From positions 17,856,001 through 17,920,000 of the forward strand of contig OX597825.1 in NCBI GenBank assembly GCA_951406725.2: a stretch of DNA of 64,000 nucleotides, given 5' to 3'. The stretch comes from Octopus vulgaris. Its lineage: Eukaryota. The notes under the pieces are model-generated. The model did no database searches, had not been told where the DNA came from, and was given only the letters and a program-made list of their open reading frames with translations. The position numbers and the translations under genes were made by a program. Of the stretch, positions 11,569 through 26,373 are shown piece by piece (the stretch's first letter is position 1; each line of letters starts with the position of its first letter).

Positions 11569-12982
11569 AATATTTGCTTGAACGTATTCCTTTAGGATTA
11601 CAGCAAAATTTGATGCGATGATTGATAGAAGGCAAGAGAGGAAAATGGAGGGTATGGTTTTGTTGAGCAGCTCTTCATCAACAAACCCGTACTTATGGTG
11701 AAACACACGCTTCGAAATCTGCTGACAACATATAGGGTTATTTATCTCTCTCACTCATGGATAACTATGTTACCAGGCCTTCGTATGTTTCCAAGTACTT
11801 ATAGACACCACAATGAATAGACTGAAAGCAACATGATTCAATGAAGGGAAGGATTTGTCTCTCAAAAGAAATATTCTAAGGTGACGTTATTTCTAATGAT
11901 TTTCATTGTGGCATTGAGCTCCTCAGCCCTTTTAAAGTAAAGCAAATGTTACACGATATTAGAAATGTAGTTTCACGCATCCCTTTTTCTTTTCTTTTTT
12001 TCTTGGTAACTTTATACTGTGTAGGGATAGAATTCACGATGCCAAGGGACAGCTGGAATAGATCATATGGTTGTCGTAGGATACAAGAATGGATAGTGGT
12101 CACGATAAATATTCAAACCTGATGTTGAAAACGATGGAAAATTGTCGAACAGACAAGTATTATGTACACCAGTAATCTAACATCCTTATATCCATATTAC
12201 ATATAACTTGGAATCGTCGAGAAAGAACATAAGTTGACCCTGAAAGTTAAAACACTGTGATAAAAGAGTGCTTCAGATAAGTTGGGAAGGTATGGAAGTC
12301 AGAGGCACAAGCATATCCCACAATGCCTTCGCGATTTTATTATCTACACCAACATTTTAAACGGTTTATTGAACAATTGAAGAATTCTGAATCACGGACA
12401 CCAGAACTAGGGGGACACACACAAAAAAAACGACTGGTAATTCCACATCTACAGTTACACTGACAGGGTTTACGTGAAATAGATGTTTGAAGACAGAGGC
12501 ATAGGCTCAGTCCAGAAGGCTTTATTAAGTCCGTGACATTGTATCACCTCGACAACATATATCAGAGTGTACAGAGCGAAATACACAGCACGTCGTGTAC
12601 ATTCAATGGCGAAATTAACAGTATATAACAAGTGTGTAAAACACTGCCCGAAGTGAATGAATATGTGAGAGACTGAAAAGAACGAGAGGTACATCAGCTT
12701 CGCAAGAAGCATTGTATTAAGAAAGGAATTTATAAATAAACAGTAACTCACAAAATGGCGAGTAGAAGAATCGTAAACGAGAAGGAGGTGAAAACCTAGA
12801 CGAAGGTAACACTGGAAACGCTGAAGCATCAAATTTGAAATTATCTGTCTATAAAAATATGATAAATACATACATACGTAAGCACACATACACACATATG
12901 CATACATACACTTACATGCACACAGACTCACACAGACACTTATACATACGTGTATATGTATATACGTATATATGTATATATC

Positions 12983-13016
<34 letters not shown>

Positions 13017-15215
13017 CATATATAGATATAGATTTATGAATGTATATATATATATATATATATATATAATTTAATATATATAATTTAATACACACACATA
13101 TATATATATATATGTGTGTATACATATACATACATAGATATAGATTTATGAATGCATATATATATATATAATTTAATATACATATATATATATATATGTA
13201 TATATGTATATACATACATACATACATACATAGACATATATGTATATACTTGCATACACACACACACACACGCGTATGTGTTTGCGTGAGTCCGTGTGTA
13301 AGCATACATTGATGCATAGTATGTTTGTTGTATGTATGTGAGGGAGATATTTTGCCAAGTCACCGTGCGCATAATTTGAATCGTTTTAGTAATTTTATCT
13401 AGATTTATGTTATATATACTCGTAAACTCGTTTTAACAATTGGATTATATTTAATAGAATTTCATATTAACACATAATTCTATACGCATTAACTAAATCA
13501 GTCCATGTTATTTTATTGCCCAGACAATTCGTGTTGTATTTCGACGAAATAATACGGAGTTTACAATAAAATAATAATTTAATTGAGATGTGCATCAAAC
13601 GTTGAAAAGGATAGTATAAATCGCATTGGTGTATCCTATAAATATAAAAGGTTGAATCAAATAGTAAAGATATTGAAACGACAAACTAAAACCAGTTATC
13701 TAGTTTCAGAAGATCTATAAAAGAAATTCAATCTGTATGTGAATATTAGAAAAAAGAATAAACATCGTTGAAACTATAAATCATTAACCAACAGATAAAA
13801 TGTGTTAATTACACGAAAAAAAAAAAAAATGAAACTTAGAAAGGAAAAATAAATGTTTGTTTCAACTTATTAATGGTCGCCTTCAGCCGAATGAGCTAAT
13901 TTAATTTGCGCTTGTTTTAATACTCGTATTTATTTTTTGTATGTCTATACATTACATTATAGATAATGCCCCCGCTTAGGAAAATAAAAGAAAAAGTAAC
14001 TCTTGAAATGGAAACTAAAGAAATTACGTATAAATATATGTGTGTGTGTGTATGTGTGGGCGCATACGCACTCATATGTACATATACATCTGTGCAGATA
14101 CATATATATATATATATGAAGAGAAATAGAGAGAGATGGAGGAGTGTATGAGAGAGAGAGACGCAGAAATGTGATTGAGAAAGAAATGCAATTTTATATA
14201 AGAAATTAACCGGTTCGTTTAATAACACAATTTGTGTTTATTTTTCCATAGTATAATTAATACTGTCTGCATTTTAAAAACGCAAGCGTGCAAACGCTGT
14301 AATGCTTTTATATGGTAAAGAAATTTAATTAGACACGGTCTAGCAGATGAAAACTAAACAAGAAATATGTAAGTTTTTAGGTACGTAAAAAAATTAAAAA
14401 CAATATCAGTCGATGTTATTTTGACCTGTTGCTAATATTTTTTTTTTATCTGATAGATATATCTTAATATATTACATTAGTGAAAATATCCATGTTCATT
14501 GTTGTTCGTTTTTTTTTCCTTCCACACAAAGAAACCTAAACGGTATTTGTGATATATAACTGTCTTTTTTTTTCTAATTTTTTTCCGTTTCTTTTTTATT
14601 TTTTTGTTTCATCTTTATGAATAAAAACGCACAGAATACATTATTGATAAACAATAAGATATTGATCATCGATACAATATTGATAAACAATATATAATAT
14701 TCCATTAGAGGTTCAAAGTCAATGTAATTTGAAGTTTTCATAAATAAATACATCGCCGCATCGTTGGGTGGCTAGAAAATGAAAATAAAATGGTACGCTA
14801 AAATATTCAAAAAGCAAAATGCACATCTAAAGGCAAATGGTAAAGTACGGCCTATGTAACCTAAATTCACTTCATTTGCATATGTATTATATGCTGTCCT
14901 GCATATCATGTGATATATATACAATGCTAATGGAAATGTGCCATTCATAGGTAATTGAGTAGTTGTTTTCTATGCATGCATTTCTATATACATACATGCA
15001 TACATACATACATACATACACACACACACCTACATACAGACATTCATAATTACAAATATATGTATGTATACATACATATATTTTAGTTGCCAATTTTGTA
15101 AAAGACATTGTAGATCTTTAGCTGAGCGAAAAAGTCACATTCTATCACAGCACCAGTAACAGTTAAGCTTCGTGCAATGGCCATACTCGATAACGAGGGG
15201 GCAGCCAAAATAATG

Positions 15216-15276
<61 letters not shown>

Positions 15277-16619
15277 TTCTCTGTGTGTGTGTGTGTGTGT
15301 TTCTCTGTGTGTGTGTGTGTGCATTTTATATACACACACATTTAAATGATATTAGCCCTTTTAATGGGTTTTGACTTTACTTTCAGGAAAATAACATAAA
15401 ACAGCCTTCTATATATTTAGGTCCTAATGCCATCAAGAAAGACATTATATTGCACAACAGTGTACCACCCTTATTTCCTTTGAGATTTGAGGACTTCTTT
15501 TAAAGTTCAGAAGCAATTTGTTTCTCATTCCTTTCCCGTTAATCAATAAGGACTAATTCACAAGAATGGGTGACAATAGCACTGTCTAAACGATGTCTTC
15601 ATGAGCCAAAATATAGTCAGAGAGCAATGAGTGAAGGCAACAAAGTCAGAATTATAAGCTAATCTCCAAAAGTCTTACTGCAAGAATACAATATACGTTT
15701 AGAACATATGTATGTTAAAACATACTAAACAGTGTATATCGCATATTATACTCTATATATCGTACTGTAATTTTTTGTATATATACCATTATATTGTATA
15801 TGGATATATCAGTACACATATAAGCATTCGTATAGTACCTATTTCCCAGGAATTTAAACGGAATTTATTCAAGTGACATATTTTTGTGATTCTTCACACA
15901 ATTAACATTCGCTCACTTTTGCTTCTGATTACTATTCTCGGTGCTTTTTGAGAAGCTGAATAATTTTAAAGAAGTCTAGATTATTGATTATATTTCTATT
16001 AAGGACGAGACCACAGATGTATAAGAATGGCCAATAAGGTATGATGACATTTCTGAATTGTATTTGAATGCATGAAATAAAGTAAAATTTATATCTCTTG
16101 GAAACTTTGAAACCAACTGTAAACTTTAAATAGTAGTAGTAACCATTTTATAAAAAATAAAACGATAGAAAGAAAAATAAGACAAATGGTATAAAATGTT
16201 AAGTCGAATAAATCTGTCGGCAAAGTGATGAAATTCGTTCGTAAAACAGTTGTGGCCAATGAAATTAATAGAAAGTTACTGAGTTTCAACGACAAGGTCA
16301 ATAAATCTATGAGCATTTCTTCAATGTGAATAATTTAGGATGTCACTAACCAAATAACTTCACATCACCAACGAATCAAAGAAACAAATTCAATAAAATT
16401 GCCAATCAATAAAGCGTGTTTCAATTGATTTCTCCAAGTATGTATGTCTTGGATGGAACATATTCACACCAACACAGCTGACACATGGTCATTTTTGTCC
16501 TGCTAGAGATGGATGGTTGATAGAAGTGTGAAAGAAGTGAATATAGCTGCCCGAGTTAATCTTGATATCTGCAGACGGCAGATGCCACACACACTTACAC
16601 CTAACATTCAATAGTATGG

Positions 16620-16621
<2 letters not shown>

Positions 16622-16718
<97 letters not shown>

Positions 16719-16721
16719 GTA

Positions 16722-16794
<73 letters not shown>

Positions 16795-16807
16795 CATACA
16801 TAAATAC

Positions 16808-16860
<53 letters not shown>
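16622..16860. repeat. Long (TA)n/(TACA)n microsatellite directly abutting a family C SINE
   Basis: Direct inspection. Confidence 0.95.
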
Positions 16861-16862
<2 letters not shown>

Positions 16863-17255
16863 CGCAGGAGTGGTTGTGTGGTAAGTAGCTTGCTTACCAA
16901 CCACATGGTTCCGGGTTCAGTCCCACTGCGTGGCATCTTGGGCAAGTGTCTTCTGCTATAGCCCCGGGCCGACCAAAGCCTTGTGAGTGGATTTGGTAGA
17001 CGGAAACTGAAAGAAGCCCGTCGTATATATGTATATATATATTTGTGCATGTGTGTGTCTGTGTTTGTCCCCCTAGCATTGCTTGACAACCAATGCTGGT
17101 GTGTTTACGTCCCCGTCACTTAGCAGTTCGGCAAAAGTGACCGATAGAATAAGTACTGGGCTTACAAAAAATAATAAGTCCCAGGGTCGATTTGCTCGAC
17201 TAAAGGCGGTGCTCCAGCATGGCCGCAGTCAAATGACTGAAACAAGTAAAAGAGT
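16861..17255 (+). mobile_element. Full-length tRNA-derived SINE, family C, with internal (TA)/(TG) tract
   Basis: A-box-like TGGTTGTGTGG, B box GGTTCAGTCCC, cttgggcaagtgtctt segment, 3' end aaggcggtgctccagcatggccgcagtcaaatgactgaaacaagtaaaaga; more than 10 related copies in the window. Confidence 0.92.
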
Positions 17256-17639
17256 ATATATATAGTACTAAATAATCAGACAAGATTATTAACGGGGAAA
17301 TGTCTTCAATATTATCACGACGATACGTTAGCGGAGCCACATAATCAGAGGCACTACATATGTGCCCTCCGTACACGTTTTCTACTTTTCCTCTTTAATC
17401 ACTTTTAGAGGAAGTGTAAACGAATGAAGTCAATGTCTACATATATGCTTCATGAAATAGCTTACTTACGTTTTAATATTTTACATTCATCTAACTGACG
17501 TGTATAACGGTATCTCTGATTAAAAATCTCCCATTAATGAAGAATACGTTGTTCTATGTCACAAAAAAAACGTGTAATGTTACTTCGCCCAAGGGGTACG
17601 AATAAAAGACTTAAAGGTCACTACCTGTATGTGATAAGA

Positions 17640-17641
17640 TA

Positions 17642-17673
<32 letters not shown>

Positions 17674-17678
17674 TTATA

Positions 17679-17758
<80 letters not shown>

Positions 17759-17925
17759 TAAATATATAGATATGTATATATATGTATATATATATATAAG
17801 TATATATACATATATATGTGTGTGTGTCTGGGAATGTGTGTGTTTGTATGTATTTGCGTCTCTGTGTGCAATGACAGCAAAAAATCAATACAGATGACAA
17901 GTATAATAATAATAATAATAATAAT

Positions 17926-17993
<68 letters not shown>

Positions 17994-18005
17994 CAACAAC
18001 AATAA
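17640..18005. repeat. (TA)n followed by (AAT)n/(AAC)n microsatellites
   Basis: Direct inspection. Confidence 0.95.
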
Positions 18006-18578
18006 TCATACTCGTATATTAATATATTTTCTGGGTTGATTTACATCTTCTCAAATAATAGATATATTGATCAAGTGAGATCAGAATAATCTTCCAAATC
18101 CCTACCCCACGACTATTTAAAGAATATGGCACTGCAGAGTCTGAAGTTTCAGATTCCATTTCCATTAATTAGGAATCATCTCGCAGTATTCCTAATATTA
18201 ATTTTCTTCGTTTGTAACCTGATCACAGTCTTACCTGTGTATATATAGGTAGACATTATCATACGTACTGGCTTTAAGTTTAATCTAAAAATAACTTGAA
18301 AAAAACTCATAGAGCTAAAAATATATAGGTTAAAAACGAGGGAATTAATGGGTGGAGATAATTAATGCAGTATCACTGGGATGTGCGTTAATTATATCGC
18401 AAATAATCAATTCACTGTTCCGAAAGATGTTGCCTCTGTCATCTTCAATTTTTACTTCAATATTAGTTTGAGCTTTTGTTCTTTTGGATATATATATATA
18501 TATATATATATATAATGATTTTGTTATTAATTTATTATTTCCTTTTATTTTGTATAGTTTTTTTTAATATTTTTGTGA

Positions 18579-18861
18579 AGGCACAGGTGTGGCAGTATTG
18601 AACGAATTCTTTTTCCCAATCACGTGGTTCCGAGTGGCGTTCCACTGCCTGGCACCTTGTGGAAGTGTCATCTACTATGCTCGTAGCCTAGATGAAAGTT
18701 GTGTGAGTGAATTTGGTAGACGGAAACTGAAAGAAGTCCGTCGTAAATCTGTGTGTAATTGTGTATGTGGTTGTGTTTATGTCTTTTTGTGCCTATATGT
18801 TTCTATGTGTGTGTGCGTGACTTTGTGTATGTGCGTGACTTTGTGTGTGATTGTGTATGTA

Positions 18862-18936
<75 letters not shown>

Positions 18937-19120
18937 TTGTGTCTGAGTCAGTGTTATGTTTGCCTTCTTTCACCGTTCGGAAAACTAGGTAAAACTAACC
19001 GAAAGATCAAGTAAAAAGCTTAAGAAGAAAATAAACTTAGAGTTTATTATTCCGACTAAAACCCTTCAAGTTGCTAATACATCAAGGCTGCAGTCCAATG
19101 ACTGGAATTTTAAAAATATA
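18579..19120 (+). mobile_element. Diverged SINE family C copy with expanded internal (TG)n
   Basis: ggcacaggtgtggc...tgtgtgagtgaatttggtagacggaaactgaaagaagtccgtcgta...(TG)n...ggctgcagtccaatgactgg. Confidence 0.85.
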
Positions 19121-19696
19121 TAGGATAATTACTCTGATCATAATCATTGTCTGATAATCTGATAGTTTCGTGCGATGTTTTCAATGAGCCAAGACATATG
19201 CCACTGAGTACTTTCATTGTTGATATTACGTAAGTGTTTATCCTATACGTATGTACTTTCTCGCAATATTTGCTCATGTTTTGTCAATAGAATTTCTTAT
19301 TTTTGTGAATGTTTTCACAGAAACCTAAACGCATTTTCATGATTGTGAAGCGAGAGTTCTGCTGCTAAATTCGAAAATCCTTCTCTAAAATGTTTTTGTA
19401 AAGTCGTAATGATAGATCATCAACAAACATTTGGACAACATTATTTCTTTCATGCCTCTTCTCGCAGAATCAATGTTTCTACAACATATCAAAGTAAAAA
19501 ACAATTCTGAGGACATTTTACGAGATTACATGGTATTTTTAATATTTGCTCTTATATAAACATACAATTATTTTTGAAACTTTTTGTTTTGCTTTTACTT
19601 TCAAGCTATTATTATTTTTACAAAAACTGATATACATGTTCACTTTCAAAGAATATAATCATTGGTTGTTTGATATGTTTGAGAGTTGGTCAAGTC

Positions 19697-19920
19697 TTCT
19701 TTTATATTGCCCACAAGGGCTAAACTTACAGGAGACAAACAAGGACAGACAAACGGATTAAGTCGATTACATCAACCCCAGTGCGTAACTGGTACTTAAA
19801 TTATCGCCCGAAATGATGAAAGACAAAGTCTACCTCGGCGGAATTTGAACTCAGAATACAACGGCAGACGAACTACTGCTAAGCACTTCCCCCAGCGTGA
19901 TATCGTTTCTGCCAGCTCGC
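19697..19920 (-). mobile_element. Full-length SINE family A monomer (A1 tail)
   Basis: Runs from the tail (attgcccacaagggctaaac) to the head (ttctgccagctcgc); B box GTTCAAATTCC on the minus strand. Confidence 0.88.
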
Positions 19921-20287
19921 TGTTTGTCAAGTCTGTCATATTTGTGTACAATAACAGTTGTATTACGTACGTACTACAATCTTTCAAAGAATTCATTTTG
20001 CAGATTATCTTATTGTTTTATCTATGTTATGTGTATTTCCAAAATGTGATGTTTATTGAGTCTGTGTTTTAGTTATCTACACTGCATTTGTGCTTCTTTA
20101 TAGCTTGGACTTGTAAAACTATGGGATATATATTCAATTCTCGGGAGCTATTTGTCTTGTCATCTCACAGGCAGGTATCTGGATTTTGTTTTAGTGATAT
20201 TTCCAGTGGCCTATTTATATGAGTAGACACCGAAGATAACCAATTCTGTACGAAACTAAATATATCGATAAAAACATATTAATCGTA

Positions 20288-20420
20288 TGGTAGCAGCTGG
20301 CGGAATCTTCAGCGCATCGGACCAAATGCTCGACCATGTTGCACCGAAGTTAACGTTGTTTTTTCACCCCTCTGCTGTCGATTTTGTAAAGTACCAGTCA
20401 ACTTTAGTGACGAAGTAATT
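20288..20420 (+). mobile_element. Highly diverged SINE family A copy
   Basis: ggtagcagctggcggaatcttcagcgcatcggaccaaatgct...gtaccagtc. Confidence 0.5.
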
Positions 20421-20986
20421 GACTTTTGCCCGAATATCACAAAAAGCGATGTACGTTGAGATCAGCATCAGACTGCTGTTCCATTTAATGCTATTTCATT
20501 TGCTTGTACGCCGTAGAAATCGTATAAACGGCCTTACGGATCCGAAAGAAAGCGTAGTTTCTATATACAATGCATAATGTAACAAAATCCTAAAATAAAT
20601 GAGGTTAATGCGCTGTAAAATATCAATCCTAATGACATCAAATATCGTGCCTAGTCTTTATTGATTTATTATCTGAGAAAGCTATAATTTGAGAACAGAA
20701 GCTTGTCTTTGATCTCTGGCATCAGTTTTGCCTTCAAATTTTACTTCTCTTCCAAAGATATGTTTAACTTATGAAATAACGTAAAACAAATAATTTATAT
20801 GAACCGAGATCTAAGCAGTTTTCTTTCGCAAAAAGCGTCAATGAGAAAAGTGTTTAGCACAAATACATCTCAAATAGGACGCTACGATTAAAGATATATA
20901 TAAAAGATTTCTTCATAAGCGCAGGTTTGATTTAGGTTTAACAAGATCTTTTTGATATCACATGGTTTCGGTTTCAGATTCCGTAC

Positions 20987-21043
<57 letters not shown>

Positions 21044-21048
<5 letters not shown>

Positions 21049-21527
21049 TTCTTGTTTCAATCGTTTGATTTGGCCAGGCTGAAGCACCGCCTTGAAGGGT
21101 TTAGTTGAACAAATCGACTTATTTCTCTTAAGGCTAGTAGTTATTCTAACGATTTCTTTTGCCCGATAGTTAAGTTTCAGGGACGTAAACACACCAAAGC
21201 TGTTTGTCCAGGTGTTATAAGGGACACAGACACAAAGATATAGTGTCGAAACAATTGTAGTGATTAATTAAAAAATTCTCGTACTTTCTATCTCTTATGT
21301 ACCATGTATATATATATCTGTGTGCGTGTGTGTATGCATGTATACATGTATATTTATGTATATATATGCTACATATTCCTTCATTTTGCATCTGCAGAAT
21401 CAACTCTGAAGGATTTGGTCGGAATACACTTTGGAAGACACTTCTCCAAGTTACCACGAAGTGGCGGGTAAACCCGGAATTATGTGGCTTAGAACCAAGC
21501 TTCTTACCACACTGTCACACATGGGCC
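21044..21527 (-). mobile_element. Diverged SINE family C copy split by an internal low-complexity tract
   Basis: 3' part cttgtttcaatcgtttga...gcaccgccttgaagg; 5' part gaagacacttctccaag...aacccggaattatgtgg...cttaccacactgtcacac. Confidence 0.8.
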
Positions 21528-21813
21528 TATATAAATATATATATATATGTATATATATATATATGTGTGTGTGTATATGTGTATATATATATTTATATAT
21601 GTATATATGTATATATGTATATATGGATCTGTGGCTATGTGTCTACATGTGTTGCATGCCACCAATGGAGCCGACGTGAAGAACCATTTTGATGTTTCCA
21701 ATAAAATTTATTTGTTTGCCTATAAACTCTTGTAAGTAATCGTAGTTATTTTTTCTGAAATTTTCAAATTGTAAGAGTAATATATGCATACATATATACA
21801 TACATACATATAC

Positions 21814-21912
<99 letters not shown>

Positions 21913-21944
21913 CATAGAAACAAACATGTATAAATAACAATGCA

Positions 21945-22003
<59 letters not shown>

Positions 22004-22652
22004 TACAGATCACAGTCTCTGATTTATTTTATGGTTTTATTATATTTGAGTTACCTCCGGTATAATTAATTTTGAAGTCCAGACAGTTACTCTGGTGGGG
22101 GGTATTCCCATAATTCCTCAACATTATGATTCCATTTCCTTTTGTATGTACCTCCTTTCATTTTCGCGACAGTGTTACCGAAGTGACTAACGATACCGTC
22201 TCTTTACACTCGTAGCCTTTGCTCTATGATTACAAGTTGACAAGCGTTAATTGGTTTCCTATTGAGTTATATGATTTTCTCGCGGTAAACTCACTCTTAT
22301 ATTATTAATTTTATTGTCTTGCTCTTCTGAAAAATTATTTTTTTTTATATTATTCATGTATTACTTTTCATTTTACACTGTTATTAATGGGCATCTCAGC
22401 GGATTGAATTCATTAGAAAACACGCTGAATGTAATCCAACACATATTTGATATATTTATTTCTATATTTTATTCTCGTTTCTCAAAATTTCTCCCCGTTT
22501 CTCCGCAATCTTCAATGTTTACTGCCTATCAGCATTTCTTTCCTTTTGTATAGTACATCGATAATTACATATATAATATCTGGTTGTATGTCTATTTTTT
22601 TTATTTGTTGGACTCGCTATTTGAATTTTTTCTCCCCTCTATGTACATGGCA

Positions 22653-23035
<383 letters not shown>

Positions 23036-23196
23036 TGTCTATTGGTCTATACATTTAGCTATATTTCTACTTAACCATTTATCTAATACGTTTTTTAGTT
23101 GAACTTAACTGTCTCTCTCCCTTATAATTTTCTCTATGTATGTATGTATATATGTATATCTCTTTATGTCTTTCTTTCTCTCCGTTTCCCTCTCTT

Positions 23197-23228
<32 letters not shown>

Positions 23229-23240
23229 CATATATATATT

Positions 23241-24900
23241 GTTGTAGGGAATTAGTAATAATGGTTCACCCCTCCCACGTGACGAGTTGAATAACGTAGC
23301 AATAAAATAAAATAAGTAAAGAGAAGTGCGTGGTATGCGAGAGTACGTAATTGGCGGTCAAAGAGAGTCGTGTCTTTATAGGATTTACTCAGTACACTGT
23401 ATACAAAAGTGGGCATTATAACAGTACAGCAGTGTAAGGATTATAATAACTAATGAGAAATTAATAAACTCTACGAGGGATTAAAAATTCACAAGATGTT
23501 CACCAGCTCGAAGTTTTGTTGTACGAATTTTACAAAATTAAAAATCGTAAAAGGTATGGAAAATTTATTGGGCGGTTTGCTCGAGATGCAAACACATCAG
23601 CCACAACATGGATGAACCGATGAACCAGTGAGAGAAAAAGATAACAGACAGAGTTCCTGAAAATAGATACAAAGCGCAGTAAATATCAAATTGTACTACA
23701 AAAAACAACTAAAAAAATGGAGATGGGGTGAATAAACAGAAATATTGCTAAATAAAATGGCATTTCCTAACAAAAACTTAAACAGGGAGATGTTTTAGGT
23801 ATTAGAAAGAATGGTACACCTCCCACGTGACCAATGGAATAACCTAGACATTATAAGAAAAGAGATCGACCGCTTTTTTTATCTCTTTCAAGAAGATCAA
23901 TTTCATGATCAAAATAATGTAAACATGCGTCCAGTAACAAGGTACATCACCATTCGTCACCAATGATAATTATGCACTCACTCTCTTCCAATTGGTAAAA
24001 TACTCTGGTCCTACAAACATTGAAAACCTCTATTTGGACACGAAGAATTACAAAAAACCTCGGAAAGTGCTACCACTTTCCATCTAACGTCTCGAGTTCG
24101 ATGAATCCTAAGCTGATGGGAAATATAAAGATAAAAATCTACAATCTAGTGTAATAAGTATGTTGATCTACAGCGGTAAGATAATACCACTTATTCTGGA
24201 GAGTAGTAAATGCTAAAATATTCTACCCGAGAAGGATCTGAATTATTCTGAATCTAATCTACAGTGATATAGGGACCAACTCAGTGGGTCAATCGGAGGC
24301 TTGATTGCTCAGCGTATACGCACATTTCAGGCAATAATAATTATGTTTTTATTGGATCATGCTGGATCATGATTAGGGTGTAGAAACCAGCTGCATCCCG
24401 AAATGTACTTTCTATAGACACTCGACAACTTGGAGGAGAACCGTTGTCATTACAGGATGCATTTCTAGGACATCTGTAGTAATTTCAAGTATTTTGTTTA
24501 TAATATAGAATCCTTGGAAAGGTTGCGAATGACAGGGGAATATAGTGGTGCATCATGATCTACTACCTGAAGGTGAGACCAGAGAGGAATCGTACACATT
24601 TGGTGTCCCAGATTGACATAGGACTTTTCGCCTGAAACTTGAAAAGGATATGTATTACGACTGACAAACTTCACTTTGTCCTGCTGTCTTACTTCCTAAA
24701 TCAGGAGCACATATTGAAAGCCTCTCATTTCTAATACTTAGGATACATCAATTGAAACAAGTGAATCCAAAAGAAGAAGGTTTTCAATTAAGTATGTCGA
24801 GGAAATATTTTCAGTCACCTGATGAAAACGAGAATGGTCTGAGATCGAACTATCACCAGCGGCATTAATTCCACACTTTCAGGGATGATGTGTAACGGTT
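23241..24900 (+). mobile_element. Decayed LTR retrotransposon (Gypsy-like) remnant
   Basis: Two similar LTR-start-like segments (23241 and 23791: tg...agg.attag..a.aatggt.cacc.ctcccacgtgac); integrase-like fragments ATTFHLTS, WRRTVVITGCIS (degenerate GPF/Y motif) and IVVHHDLLP; agggatgatg-TGTAACG resembling a PPT plus LTR start near 24881-24897. Confidence 0.5.
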
Positions 24901-26373
24901 AAGCTTTCGTTGAGTAAAAATTACTTTCAATTCATTTCATTTTATCTTCCAATGACTACTCTTCTATATTACACTGCTTCCAGATATATTTATTGAATTT
25001 AAATTATAGTGCAGATTGTTAATAGGAAATAAGAGCATATTGAGTTAGGCATATTGTTAGATGTAGACCAGATAAAGCGCTCTTCATGAATCGTGTACAT
25101 AATGTATTTTAAATTTCGATGGAATCCATTGTAAATATCCTTCAAATGTAGGGAGACTTAAAATGTTCATTTTAACTTTCAGCTAAATTTAGACATCCAT
25201 TGTGTTCAAAAGCTAAATGAACTGTGATTTGTAGCCATATTTCACGTCGTTTTGGTGCTGACTTAGAGTCATTCTTTATTACAACGCGCTTCTTCACACT
25301 TTTCTGTTATAAATAACCCACCGAGGCTATTTTAAATATTGAAGGGACGTCATTAAAATGGAGTATTATGTCTTGCTGTTAGTAATATCGCGTAAATTGA
25401 GTCTTTAATAAATTAAAATTCAAATAAATCAACTCATATATGATACAACAATTAAAATTGCTTCTTCTCGTTTCATTGCTTAGAAAAAAAAACAGAACCG
25501 TCCATGGCCATTTATCGTTCATGGTTTCCTAGACTTGCAAGCAAAGAAGAATACAGCATATACCTACAAATGTACGCAAAGAACAGAGTTGATGTTTAAC
25601 TATGTGACGATTTATAGTCTCTCATCCAAGAACTCAAAATTAAAAGAGACGCAATTAATATCACGAAGTATTGTGTCTTATATTCTAGCAAATCTTCCAA
25701 CCCTACACTTTGCAATTGTACCCTATTTTGCGAACTTGAAAGGATGAAATTTGATCTGAATAGTATTTGAAATAAGAGAATAAGGACTGAAAAAATACTG
25801 AAATGCAGTTTATCCTAAATGTAAACAACTCAGCCAATTCGCCGTATATGCGACGAAATGACAGACATGTCTAAGCGTAAAGGTTGTTTATGATAGGGAA
25901 TTTACGTTGAGGATGTACAATGCGTTACTTCTCGGTGACATTCGGGAAATATAAAGTAATATCTAAAGTGAAGATTACAAAAATGCTTCATGAATTACAC
26001 TTGTTTTAAATTTTACTTGTCTATTATACGTTTGCTACTTCCATAGAATCAAAGCAAACAGCTAAAGCGATAGTAACATTTTCAATACATATTAATATAT
26101 GGAGTTTGTCATTTCGATATCATAGTGGTTAAATATTACATAAAATGCATGTTTAATGGTAGAAATATTCGATGCTAGATCTGAGCGAGATAGGAAATTG
26201 AATCTCGTTCAATAAACAAAACACACACAAACAAAATAATTTAGATACTGTATAGATTCTCCAGTTTGTGTAGTACTCAAACCTAAATAAAAATGAGAAA
26301 AACATGCATTTAACTATACTAAAAATGATAACGATAAAAATTAGTAACAAAAGAACAACATTTACAGTAATAT

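Noticed and set aside
11600-12850. Possible upstream continuation (endonuclease region) of the 10.2-10.9 kb LINE
   Set aside because: Only a DHYP-like fragment was seen; insufficient support.
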